Source: Callorhinchus milii
Lineage: Eukaryota
Direction: 5' to 3'
Assembly (NCBI RefSeq): GCF_018977255.1
Contig: NW_024705472.1
Location: 1 to 42,072 of the forward strand
DNA length: 42,072 nucleotides
Of this stretch, positions 24,417 through 35,952 are shown piece by piece (position 1 is the first letter of the stretch; the number at the start of each line of letters is the position of its first letter). The position numbers and the translations under genes are program-made. The notes beneath the pieces are model-generated. The model searched no databases. It had not been told where the DNA came from and worked only from the letters and a program-made list of their open reading frames with translations.

Positions 24417-25660
24417 GTGGTGACGTCACCAACACCCCCCCCCCCCACAGTGCTGGGTCGCAGCAGCGAGGTGACGTCACCAACCCCCCCCCCCCACAGT
24501 GCTGGGTCACAGCAGCGAGGTGACGTCACCAACCCCCCCCCCACAGTGCTGGGTCACAGCAGCGAGGTGACGTCACCAACCCCCCCCCCCCCCACAGTGT
24601 TGGGTCACAGCAGCGAGGTGACGTCACCCAACCCCCCCCCCCACAGTGCTGGGTCACAGCAGCGAGGTGACGTCACCAACCCCCCCCCCCACAGTGTTGG
24701 GTCACAGCAGCGAGGTGACGTCACCCAACCCCCCCCCCCACAGTGTTGGGTCACAGCAGCGAGGCGACGTCACCAACCCCCCCCCCCCACAGAGCTGGGT
24801 CACAGCAGCGAGGCGACGTCACCAACCCCCCCCCCACAGTGCTGGGTCACAGCAGCGAGGTGACGTCACCAACCCCCCCCCCCACAGTGCTGGGTCACAG
24901 CAGCGAGGTGACGTCACCAACCCCCCCCCCCCCCACAGTGCTGGGTCACAGCAGCGAGGTGACGTCACCAACCCCCCCCCACAGTGCTGGGTCACAGCAG
25001 CGAGGTGACGTCACCAACCCCCCCCCCCCCACAGTGCTGGGTCACAGCAGCGAGGTGACGTCACCAACCCCCCCCCCCCCACAGTGCTGGGTCACAGCAG
25101 CGAGGTGACGTCACCAACCCCCCCCCCCACAGTGCTGGGTCACAGCAGCGAGGTGACGTCACCAACCCCCCCCCCCCCCACAGTGCTGGGTCACAGCAGC
25201 GAGGTGACGTCACCAACCCCCTCCCCCCCCACAGTGCTGGGTCACAGCAGCGAGGTGACGTCACCAACCCCCCCCCACAGTGCTGGGTCACAGCAGCGAG
25301 GCTGCAGGGTGCCCCTCAGGGCCTCTGTTTGTTTTTGTTGTCGCCAACGCGGTGACGTGGTGACGTCACAGCGAGGGACTCCCCCAGTGGCGGGAATCCA
25401 GAACGTCAGAATCTGTGTTTGTGGTGCAGGAGGAATCCGATGAGCTGTGAAGCTCTTTGTGTTCACAGATGGTGCAGTGGTGAGGGGCGGGCGTGGGGGT
25501 GGGGAGACGTGGTGACGTGGTGACGTCATCACGTTGGGGGAGCGTGCGTGGTGACGTCACCACGTTGGGGGAGCGTGCGTGGTGACGTCACCACGTTATG
25601 GGAGCTTGGGTGGTGACGTCACCGCATTGTGGTAGCGTGCGTGGTGACGTCACCACGTCC
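24417..25660 (-). repeat. CRE-palindrome repeat cluster, copy C flank (about 18 ~50-bp units at 24417-25300 plus short units)
   Basis: Reverse complement of the same units, expanded. Confidence 0.92.
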
Positions 25661-26478
25661 ATGACGTAGCAGCAGACAACTTGAACAGCTCGGACATTGT
25701 TGGCGCCTTTTGTGTTTGGCGCCGTCTCTTTATTTGTTTATTAATTTGTAGATTTAATTTGCTTGGCAGTGGCTGTGTAGAGGATTTGGTCCTCGTGTTT
25801 AATTAATGAACGGCGTTGCGGGATGCAGTGAGCACGAATGACGCTGTACACAACTACATTGTTGTTGTTTGTGTTCTGTATTTTTATTGTAGAATCGACG
25901 ATACCAGCGTTACAATGCCACTGTCGTACGCGTACATTTATACTTTTAAAAATCAATAATATTATTGTTTTGACTTAAAACTTTTCTTGACTGATGACGA
26001 CCGCGTGTGTTGCGATCAAAACGTCATTAATTTTTGGTTTCACATTTTACATTTTTATTTAATGTTTATTATTTTATTTTGCATATTTTTTTATTTTTTT
26101 ATTTACGTGACTTTACCGAAAGAACGTAAGAAATATAATATTTTTGTTGTTGTGTCTCTCCCACAACCCATGACACCACCAGTGTATAAACACATCCCAG
26201 TTCACCATTGCTAATCACTGCACCCTACACTACAGTCACACTCCTCTGGCAGGGTGAATACATCCACGTTGGCTTTACACACACACAGAGCGGTACTTAT
26301 TTTATCACCCCCCCCCCATGAAGGTTGTGAGGATTATTTACGCTCAGCCACGCAGCCCCTAGCCACCGACAGCCACCAGCCAGTCACGGGCGTGGCGCTG
26401 CGCGTGGCGGTGACGAGGGTGGCGAGCGCCGTGCGTCGTGGTGGCGTCTGCCCTCTGCGCTGTTCACGTTCACCTCTC

Positions 26479-27020
26479 TCAGGACGCACCACTCAGATCC
26501 ACAATCCTCACTGAGTCACCCAACCCCACCATCAGCCCAGGGTGTAGGGGCTGAGTGAAAGTTTTATTAAACGAGTGCAACGGCGCCATGGAGTCGGCGT
26601 TGTAAAACGACAGCAGCCCCGCGTCCCAGTCCAGGTGGACCCCGACTCTCCGCGGAGGCTGCGGCACCGACAGTGACGTCACTACCCCGCCATGCCACAC
26701 TGAGAAGCTGTCGACTTGTTTCTGTAGACACCAGGAGACGTCGCTCACTCCCAGGCGGCACTCATCACAACGCCCTCTCCGTGCGATCGTCCCGTACGCG
26801 ACTCCAACCCGATACCCCCTCGCGCTCCCCACGTCCACCTCCCAGTAGTGCTGACCCGACGAGAAGCTCTCAGAGCACAGGGCTTGGTGCCGGCAGTGAA
26901 AGCGGTGTGGGTGATGGGGGCGACCCTGGGGGACACGGCTCAGCGTCGCCGTCCTGAGATCCGAGGAAATCTGGAGGTCGTCGCTGGCTGAGTTTGTGTC
27001 CAGAGTCGGTGAGCGTCCAT
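26479..27020 (-). CDS. TRIM copy C exon 6: PRY/SPRY (B30.2)
   Basis: cacag|ATGGACGC; (Y)GRSPTLDTNSA..LQISSDLR..RF..QALCSESFSSGQHYWEVDV..VGV..SWCL..RVGVHLDWDAGLLSFY..LHSF..FTQPLHPGL, then stop. Confidence 0.93.
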
Positions 27021-30000
27021 CTGTGGTGAGTATTAGTGTACACATACTAATATTAGTTAGTATTAGTGTACACATACTAATATTAGTTAGTATTAGTGTA
27101 CACATACTAATATTAGTTAGTATTATTGTACACACACTAATATTAGTTAGTATTAGTGTACACATACTAATATTAGTTAGTATTAGTGTGCCCATACTAT
27201 TATTAGTTAGTGTTAGTGTACACATACTAATATTAGTGTTAGTGTACACACGCTAATATTAGTGTTAGTGTACACACACTAATATTAGTTAGTGTTAGTG
27301 TACACATACTAATATTAGTGTTAGTGTAGACACACTAATATTAGTTAGTATTAGTGTGCACACACTAATATTAGTTAGTGTTAGTGTACACATACTAATA
27401 TTAGTTAGTGTACACACACTAATATTAGTGTTAGTGTACACATACTAATATTAGTTAGTGTTAGTGTACACACACTAATATTAGTTAGTATTAGTGTACA
27501 CATACTAATATTAGTTAGTGTTAGTGTACACACACTAATATTAGTTAGTATTAGTGTACACATACTAATATTCGTTAGTATTAGTGTACACATACTAATA
27601 TTAGTTAGTATTAGTGTACACACACTAATATTAGTTAGTGTTAGTGTACACACACTAATATTAGTTAGTATTAGTGTAGACATACTAATATTAGTTAGTA
27701 TTAGTGTACACACACTAATATTAGTTAGTGTTAGTGTACACACACTAATATTAGTTAGTATTAGTGTACACATACTAATATTAGTTAGTATTAGTGTACA
27801 CACACTAATATTAGTTAGTGTTAGTGTACACACACTAATATTAGTTAGTATTAGTGTACACATACTAATATTAGTTAGTATTAGTGTACACACACTAATA
27901 TTAGTTAGTATTAGTGTACACACACTAATATTAGTTAGTATTAGTGTACACATACTAATATTCGTTAGTATTAGTGCACACATACTAATATTGGTTAGTA
28001 TTAGTGTACACACACTAATCGTTAGTATTAGTGTACACACACTAATATTAGTTAGTATTAGTGTACACATACTAATATACGTTAGTATTAGTGTACACAA
28101 ATTAATATTAGTTAGTATTAGTGTGCACAAACTAATATTCGTTAGTATTAGTGTACACAAACTAATATTCGTTAGTATTAGTGTACATATACTAATATTA
28201 GTTAGTGTTAGTGTACACATACTAATATTCGTTAGTATTAATGTTCATATACTAATATTCGTGTGTGCAGTGGTAGTGAAGAGCAGTGATGATGCCAGCA
28301 CCACGATGTAAACGCCACTCTCACACCCACACACAGACATTGTGTGTCACAGCCTCGCACACTCTCACATCCACACACAGACATCGTGTGTCACAGCCTC
28401 GCACACTCTCACATCCACACACAGACATCGTGTGTCACAGCCTCGCACACTCCCACACCCACACACAGACATTGTGTGTTAACAGCCTCGCACACTCTCA
28501 CATCCACACACAGACATTGTGTGTCACTCCGCTGCTGGGTGAGCGCCTCCCCTTGCCGTGCGCATCCGGGGGGGGGGGGTTATTTGACCATACTTCACCG
28601 CTCTCGTCAGTGCTCGTTGGCGATGGTGGGGATCGTGAAGTTGGAAGCGTAGAGGTGCAGTACAACAATGGTTCACGCTGCACTGCCCTCTGCTTGTGTG
28701 ATGTGTAAACATTTGACACGAGGGAGACAAAGGTGGCCGGGCGTGGTGCCTCTTTCTCACTGGGCTGACTCTCGATCTGCCTGATGTCATCTCCCTCACC
28801 TGGTATGCAGGAGCTTGTAGGTTTGATCCCGACCCTGACCATGACTGCCGCTCCTGTATATTTGGAGTCTGTGTCTCTCATCATCACAGTGGTCAGGGAG
28901 ATGTTAACAACCTCGCCAGGTATACAGGAGGTCATGGGTTCGATCCCGACCTTGACGGTGCCTGCTGTTGCTGCTGTATATTTGGAGTGTTTGTGTCTAT
29001 CTCCCAGTGGTGGTCGCGTGGAATTTTCTCAGCATCCTCCAATTATTTGCTTCACATTTAGACTCAACTGAATGCGTTAAGATCATTTGGTTGCTACTAT
29101 AAATTTCCATGTGATAATCGACTTAGTTGAGTTGTCATTTGCGGCCAGTTTCCTTGTGAAAAAGAGCCACATAGCTCAGTGGATCTTACCTGGTAAAATA
29201 TATATTTTTTAAAGATTCACGCCCCAAGGACACGCCACCTGTCTTAAACAAAGTGCAGCAGCCTACCGAGCGGTGCCGGTCTGCATCGTTGTGTTTGTAA
29301 TGAACGATGTCGACAGATCAGTGCACAGTGCAGAGAGAGACTCACACACGAGAGCCACGCGCATCGTATTCACTCCTCCTAGCGAGATGACCTCTGTGAG
29401 CTCTTGGGGACTGAATGTGGGAGGAGGCGCATCCTGGATCCCCTGCGAGTCCAAGATCCTGCACTCAGCACGGGACACGCAGAGTCTATGGAGGGTGCAG
29501 TCCCTCCACTCACTCAGCACGGGACACGCAGAGTCTAATGGAGGTCCATGTCTCTTGTCTCTTGACACATGGACAATATGGGACCGCGACTCCATACAAA
29601 TGGGTTTATTAGGAATCCCATCATGACCGTTCACTGATTTGTCCAGCAGGTGGCAGACAGAGCTCGAGTTCGAGTCTGGGTTGGTACTGACCTGATATTC
29701 TCATGCAGGGGATCCTGAAAAACACAAACCCGCATTTCACATTAACGTTGACATCCTAAACAGATGGCCACCTCCACGCAGTCGCCTGCCGCTTACAGTG
29801 GAGCACAACACCAAGGAATTAATAAATACCAGCAAATCGAGAATAATGAAAAACAGAGTTATCTGTGGTACCTATTTGCCAATATCGATATGATGAAAAA
29901 AATAGGAAGAGGCTTTATCCTTTACAGATGTTCAAACACAAGTTATCACTGCTCAACCAGAGCTATTAATACTTTGATACTTGCATTGCATTTGTAATGT

Positions 30001-33000
30001 TAAGCCTATTATTGTTCTTTAAAATAAAAAAAACAGGATTCGTTTAACTGGACACGAACCCCAACAAATGACAAAACCACTCTTTGTAGGTCTAGTCTAG
30101 CAGCTAAATAAATGGTTAAGTGATGTTCAACAACCCGTGTTTTTGAACTCTGAATTAACAAAATTTTATATTTTATCAGGTATGGCCCACTTCGCTATGT
30201 CGCTCTTGTTCAGTAGCGAGCTGCCTATCACAAATGATAGCTCAATGAACTGGTTTATGTGGACATTTATAATAGAAGCCAACTACTAGAAATGGGTGAT
30301 GTTGACTATAAATGTGGTGGGAAAACCCAGAGGACCTGGAAAAAAAATCTACGCGATCACAGAGAGAGAGAGAGAGACGTAGACTCCAAATTTACAGCAG
30401 GCATCGTCGGGGTCAGGGTTGTACTGGACAAGTCTAGGTCTGAATGTCACACGGAAGCAAACGTGCGTCTATTTCTGGACAATGCCGCTTGCTCCTAGAT
30501 CGAAAAACAATGAAATAAGATTTCCAACAATGTCAACGTCTCACAGGGCGGTGTGTCTCTGCTGGTTTTAGTTAAACCCTCTTCTGATAAACCAAGGCTG
30601 TGAGGATAAACTATTTTAAACTACTTTTTTATACCTTACCAGGTAAGGCCCACTGAGCTATATAGCTATCCGTCTGAAGTAACCTTGCCAGAAATGAAAA
30701 TTTAAGAAGTGGCGTATCATGTGGAAATTTAAACCAGCAAATTACCCTAAACACGTGATGTTGATTCTAAATGTGGAGGGAAAAACCGGAGGACTACACA
30801 TCCACGAGGAGAGAGAGAGATGCAAACTCCAAATATACAACAGATGTCAGGGTTGGTTCTAGATTTGAAGCTTTCGTGACTGCAAGGATTCATACTCTTA
30901 GGTTTTTTCGGTAAAGTCCCACCTGAAGACGGAGACTTGTGTTGCCTCCGAAACGTCGTGATTTAATTGAGTTATTTGCATTTATTATTATTTAATTGTA
31001 TTATTATTATTTTACCTACGTGACTTTACCGAAAAAAACCTAAGAGTAGTCAGGGTTGGTATCGAACCCATGACCACCTGCATATCAAGCGAGGTAGTTA
31101 ACATCTACTAGTCACCGCGGCGAGTGAATGGAGGTGGTACCACCTGCAGGAAGGAGAGCGGGTCCTGCACGGCGAGGGCGGCGAGCAGCTGGTTGATCTC
31201 CTGCTCCAGGCCGCGTGCTCTGCTCTCGTAGCGAGCGATGTCCGCCTGGATGCGGGACAGCACGGAGCGGCCCTCCTCGTCCACGCGCTTCAGCGCCTCC
31301 CTCTCCTCCTCCCTCAGCTGCTTCCTCCGGCGCTCAAACTCTCGGCTGATCCGCGCCTTGGTCCCACGCACAGACTCCTACACAGACAGCGCCGAGTTGT
31401 TGAGTCACTTGTTAGGCAACGACGCAATGTGGTGTCGTACAGGTAATGATTGTTACCATATCTCGATTAAGTACACGGAGTTGAGCGACGTGTGCATTGG
31501 GAGCTCGTGAACATATAAAGCACAGGGAGAATGAGAATGGGATATAAGTGGAAAATATCATAGGCAAGGGTAGTATAGGAATTACTTGTCTGTAGCTACA
31601 CGTTGCTGAGTGTCAATCTGGGGGAAATTAAATACATCTATGTGGGTATCATTCGCTTCTGTCGGTCTTTCCGTCCAACTCTTGATTTACCAAACGATGC
31701 GTCGGATGGAAACGTGAATTAAATCAAAACCAAGTCTTTTGCCGAGGACATTCCCAGAAAATTGTGTCAAAGGTCTGCGAATATACAGAACAAATACACG
31801 TTACATTGCTCTATTGTTTTAAACAAAAATGTGCTGAAATAGACAAACAGTGCTGATTTCTAAAGCAATACTCACGTCCACTCTCTCTTGCACTCAGGCT
31901 AAGTTGGTGCTGTCCAGATTTTGGGGGTCAGAAGGGAGGTATCGCAAGCTTCCATGGCTAGCATCGTGGTTGTGATCAATAAAGGAATCGACAGGGCAAG
32001 TCGTTAACGCTTCATCCAGCGCGGAACGATTTCATCCCCCCTAAACCAAAACTGCTGTCAAGTTGGAAGTTGCGTCGTAAATTTAATTTGTGTTATTCTG
32101 TGGTAGCCTTCTAAATATGTCGTAAACGTGTATATTTAATTCAAGATTAAAGTTTCATAAAGGTTGTGCGCTCTAAAAAAATGGGCTTAAAAAAAGTGCT
32201 GACAGACAAACACAGCTACGAACTCACACTTTGCTCCGTTACAGTTTGATGTCGTTAATTTTGTTGATTTAAAGTAGGCAGCAAGTGAGTTGTCATTGGG
32301 AAACGATTTGCTTGAAATCCACACCGCTTGCAATTCACCAAAGTTGTATGCCGCGCCGACGCGTTGGGCAGTGCTCGTCAATAGGAAGAGTTACTTCAGC
32401 AGTTTTTTTCTTGCTGTGGTTGTCCCACCTGATGACGATTGCTTGTGTTGCGATCGAAACGTCGTGATCTATTATTTTTTCTACTTATGTGACTTTACCG
32501 AAAGAACCAAAGAGTATAATAAGAGTTGGGTTTAATTAAATAAGATTCTTAGGCAAACCAGAAGAGGGAATTGTGCGGCTGCCATCTCTCTCTGTACCTC
32601 CACGTGCCGGTAGTCGTCCCTGAGTGTCCGTGTCCGTGACGCCGCCGTGTTCCTCTTCTCCTCTCTCCCCTCCTTCCTGACTCTGAGCTCCTCCTGCGTT
32701 GTGGTAAATAAATCAATAAATACGCGGTGCTCGCCATTGCCATTGGTGGATCACTGAATGATCATCCCGCAACTCTGATTAGCACGGTTGGCTATGAAAG
32801 AAGTTCAACACACATACACACATCTGTTGTCATTATATTTCTGCATACGTCTCCATTCATATTTTTACTTTTCCCACGATTGTATCCCGACTGCACTGTC
32901 CGTGTCATGTATTGAGACGAAGAATCCAATCGTAATTACTGCAGAGCAATGCAATATCCTGTTAGACAACATCATTGACAAATATCACGTACATTCTAAA

Positions 33001-33946
33001 ATATGTTTTAACCTCTACCAGCTTCTCACACGCCTTACTATACATAACAACGTTTCTCACTTAGTCAATCAAAGATTATGAATTCTCACGCAAAATGTTG
33101 TTTAACGTGCTGTCAAATGTTGACTCGGCTTAGACCATCAACTCACTAAACTTGAGAATCCGGTTTAAACCATGGGCGGCCGACAAGATTCCAACTGAGC
33201 ATTACAGCGTTACCATCTCAGCGTTCTGACGTCTGAGCCACCCTGCCACCTCTACCTGGGTCTCCCTGTAAAGGGGCGTTTGGTCATAACAGGAGCTCAC
33301 CTGGTCGAGGTGAGGGGTCACGATCTACTGATGTGAATCTCTCAACCTCCTGTAACAATGTGGATTACAACGGAGCATTACACTTCACCTGTCTTGTCTG
33401 TTGCGCTTTTTCCACTGTGATGACCCTGTGCCCGGAGTGGTCTCCTGCGACGGGGCAGACTGGGCAGACCGGGATCTTGTCCTGTTCACAGTAAAGAACT
33501 AGCTCCTGTCTGTGCTCCCGGCAGCGTCGCTCCTCCAGGTTCGCGATGGGAGCCACCAGGAGGTGTTCTCTCAACCTGGTATTCTCCAAGTGAGGCTTCA
33601 AGTGCGTCGCACAGTAGGACGTCTCGCATCTCACGCAAGTCTTCACTGCAGGAGTCTGACCGTCAGTGCAGTTGTCACACACAACAACCGCGGCCATCCT
33701 GTCTCCAACTCTGAGCTGCTCCGCCAGGTTGGCGAGGGCCACGTTCCTCCTCAGCTGGGGTCGCACAGGGAAGGTCGCTCGGCACTGCGGGCAGCTGAAG
33801 CTGCTCGCCGTCTCCCAGGCGGCCTCCAGGCACCGCAGGCAGAACGAGTGTCCGCAGCTCAGCGTGGAGGGGCAGACGAACGTGCCCAGGCAGATGGAGC
33901 AGCGCAACTCACTATCCACACTCTCACTGGGAGTCGCGCTCGCCAT
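26479..33946 (-). CDS. TRIM copy C, intact six-exon gene: RING-Bbox1-Bbox2-coiled coil-PRY/SPRY E3 ligase (TRIM25/finTRIM-like), 521 aa. join(complement 33389-33946, 32598-32693, 31144-31377, 29692-29714, 29346-29458, 26479-27020)
   Basis: Exons of 558+96+234+23+113+542 = 1566 nt join in frame with all-canonical GT/AG boundaries. The 96/~234/23/~116-nt internal exon pattern is typical of PRY/SPRY TRIM genes. Confidence 0.9.
27030..28260 (-). repeat. 30-bp TACTAAC minisatellite, about 41 units, TRIM C last intron
   Basis: Reverse complement of the same unit. Confidence 0.95.
28317..28525 (-). repeat. 44-bp GT-rich minisatellite, about 4-5 units, TRIM C last intron
   Basis: Reverse complement of the 44-bp unit. 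Confidence 0.9.
28779..29200 (+). mobile_element. V-SINE-like SINE with tandemly duplicated tRNA-like head
   Basis: Two heads at about 28780-28880 and 28890-28995, then body and 3' tail. Confidence 0.7.
29346..29458 (-). CDS. TRIM copy C exon 5 (113 nt, linker)
   Basis: tgcag|GATCTTGGAC...CTCGTGT|gtgagt. Phases 2/1 fit exons 4 and 6. Encodes ILDSQGIQDAPPPTFSPQELTEVISLGGVNTMRVALV. Confidence 0.75.
29692..29714 (-). CDS. TRIM copy C exon 4 (23-nt micro-exon)
   Basis: tttcag|GATCCCCTGCATGAGAATATCAG|gtcagt. A 23-nt exon is characteristic of this family and is conserved in copy B. Confidence 0.8.
30170..30420 (-). mobile_element. V-SINE-like SINE, partial
   Basis: Same family. Confidence 0.65.
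30858..31048 (+). mobile_element. Penelope-like short insertion with hammerhead, inside a SINE in TRIM C intron 3
   Basis: 12-bp TSD GTCAGGGTTGGT at 30846-30857 and 31049-31060. Same tail (GATTT.AAGCTTTCGTGACTGCA.GGATTCA) and inverted end as 7117-7456. Absent at the paralogous site near 13505. Confidence 0.8.
30916..30963 (+). ncRNA. Minimal type I hammerhead ribozyme motif
   Basis: cac-CTGAAGA-c-GGAGAC(ttgtgtt)GCCTCC-GAAA-CGTC-gtg. Confidence 0.7.
31144..31377 (-). CDS. TRIM copy C exon 3 (234 nt, coiled coil)
   Basis: tgtag|GAGTCTGTG...TTCCTGCAG|gtggta, encoding ESVRGTKARISREFERRRKQLREEE...QDPLSFLQ, the typical TRIM coiled-coil exon ending FLQ. Confidence 0.9.
32422..32469 (+). ncRNA. Minimal type I hammerhead ribozyme motif within a Penelope-like fragment (about 32422-32527), TRIM C intron 2
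   Basis: cac-CTGATGA-c-GATTGC(ttgtgtt)GCGATC-GAAA-CGTC-gtg, followed by GTGACTTTACCGAAAGAACCAAAGAGT. Confidence 0.72.
32598..32693 (-). CDS. TRIM copy C exon 2 (96 nt, coiled coil)
   Basis: cgcag|GAGGAGCTC...GTGGAG|gtacag, encoding EELRVRKEGREEKRNTAASRTRTLRDDYRHVE. Confidence 0.88.
33389..33946 (-). CDS. TRIM copy C exon 1: RING, B-box1, B-box2
   Basis: C3HC4 [24 protein letters not shown], followed by [13 protein letters not shown]-box1: CDNC..AVKTCVRCETSYCATHLKPH..H. B-box2: CREH..LYCEQD..VCPVC..GDHSGH. Donor CAG|GTGAAG. Confidence 0.93.
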
Positions 33947-34379
33947 GACCCATGGCTTCGCTGGGATCGCTCGCTGTGTGGCTCAGAGAGACGCTGGACC
34001 AGGACCTCTCTCTTATAGCGACGGTGAAGAAGGAAGTAAAATACTTGAAATATTTCATTGTCGTCACTGACATCACGAGACACCGCCTGGAATGTGAACC
34101 CGCGCCCCGAGGTGTGCAAACAGCAGCCTCAAGGTGAACACGGCTACTGTACACACCTTGACATTTTAAGAAATGAGTGCTGTTGTTAATATAAATCGGT
34201 GAGGCTCAGCTGCGGTGGTTCATTTGTGAGATGAGTGTCGAGAGATGAACTCATCCTTCTACAGCAATTTGGTAGCAAGATGTTATCTCCCTCGCCCAGT
34301 GTACAGGAGATGGTGGGATTGTATTCCACCATCTCCTGTACGCTGCAATTCCGCAGAAAAGGTTAAGACCCACTGCTGT

Positions 34380-35950
34380 CAGTATATATAGTGTACAGTA
34401 CTACACAGAGACACACAGAAGTGTATATATAGTGTACAGTACTACACAGACACACAGAAGTGTATATATAGTGTACAGTACTACACAGAGACACACAGAA
34501 GTGTATATATAGTGTACAGTACTACACAGAGACACACAGAAGTGTATATATAGTGTACAGTACTACACAGACACACAGAAGTGTATATATAGTGTACAGT
34601 ACTACACAGACACACAGAAGTGTATATATAGTGTACAGTACTACACAGACACACAGAAGTGTATTATAGTGTACAGTACTACACAGACACAGACGTGTAT
34701 ATATAGTGTACAGTACTACACAGACACACAGAAGTGTATATATAGTGTACAGTACTACACAGAGACACAGACGTGTATATATAGTGTACAGTACTACACA
34801 GAGACACACAGAAGTGTATATATAGTGTACAGTACTACACAGAGACACACATAAGTCTATATATAGTGTACAGTACTACACAGAGACGCACAGAAGTGTA
34901 TATAGAGTGTACAGTACTACACAGAGACGCACAGAAGTGTATATATAGTGTACAGTACTACACAGAGACACAGAAGTGTAAATAATGTACAGTACTACAC
35001 AGAGACACATAAGTGTATATAGTGTACAGTACTACACAGACTCACAGAAGTGTATATATAGTGTACAGTACTACACAGAGACACAAGTGTGTATATAGTG
35101 TACAGTACTACACAGACACACAGAAGTGTATATATGTGTACAGTACTACACAGAGACACAAGTGTATATACAGTGTACAGTACTACACAGAGACACACGT
35201 AAGTGTATATAGAGTGTACAGTACTACACACACACACAGAAGTGTATATATAGTGTACAGTACTACACAGACACACAGAAGTGTATATATAGTGTACAGT
35301 ACTACACAGAGACACAGAAGTGTATATATAGTGTACAGTACTACACAGAGACAGAAGTGTATATATAGTGTACAGTACTACACAGACACACAGAAGTGTA
35401 TATATAGTGTACAGTACTACACAGAGACACAAGTGTATATACAGTGTACAGTACTACACAGAGACACACAGAAGTGTATATATGTGTACAGTACTACACA
35501 GAGACACACAGAAGTGTATATATAGTGTACAGTACTACACAGAGACACACAGAAGTGTATATATAGTGTACAGTACTACACAGACACACAGAAGTGTATA
35601 TATAGTGTACAGTACTACACAGAGACACACACAAGTGTATATATAGTGTACAGTACTACACAGAAACACACAGAAGTGTATATATAGTGTACAGTACTAC
35701 AGACACACAGAAGTGTATATATAGTGTACAGTACTACACAGAGACACACAGAAGTGTATATATAGTGTACAGTACTACACAGAGACACACAGAAGTGTAT
35801 ATATAGTGTACAGTACTACACAGAGACACAGAAGTGTATATATTGTGTACAGTACTACACACATACACAGAAGTGTATATATAGTGTACAGTACTACACA
35901 GAGACACACAGACTAGAGCACAGAAGTATATATAGGTGTACAGTACTACA
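34380..35950 (+). repeat. ~40-bp minisatellite (AGTGTATATATAGTGTACAGTACTACACAGAGACACACAGA), about 39 units, upstream of TRIM C
   Basis: Tandem periodicity of 37-41 bp. Confidence 0.95.
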
Positions 35951-35952
35951 CC

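Larger units (their letters stand above)
30630..31110 (-). mobile_element. V-SINE-like SINE interrupted by the Penelope-like insertion
   Basis: Paralogue of 13446-13745. Confidence 0.7.

Noticed and set aside
24446..25285. CACAGTG in every unit, resembling a V(D)J RSS heptamer array
   Set aside because: There is no ACAAAAACC-like nonamer at 12- or 23-bp spacing and no adjacent V/J segments.
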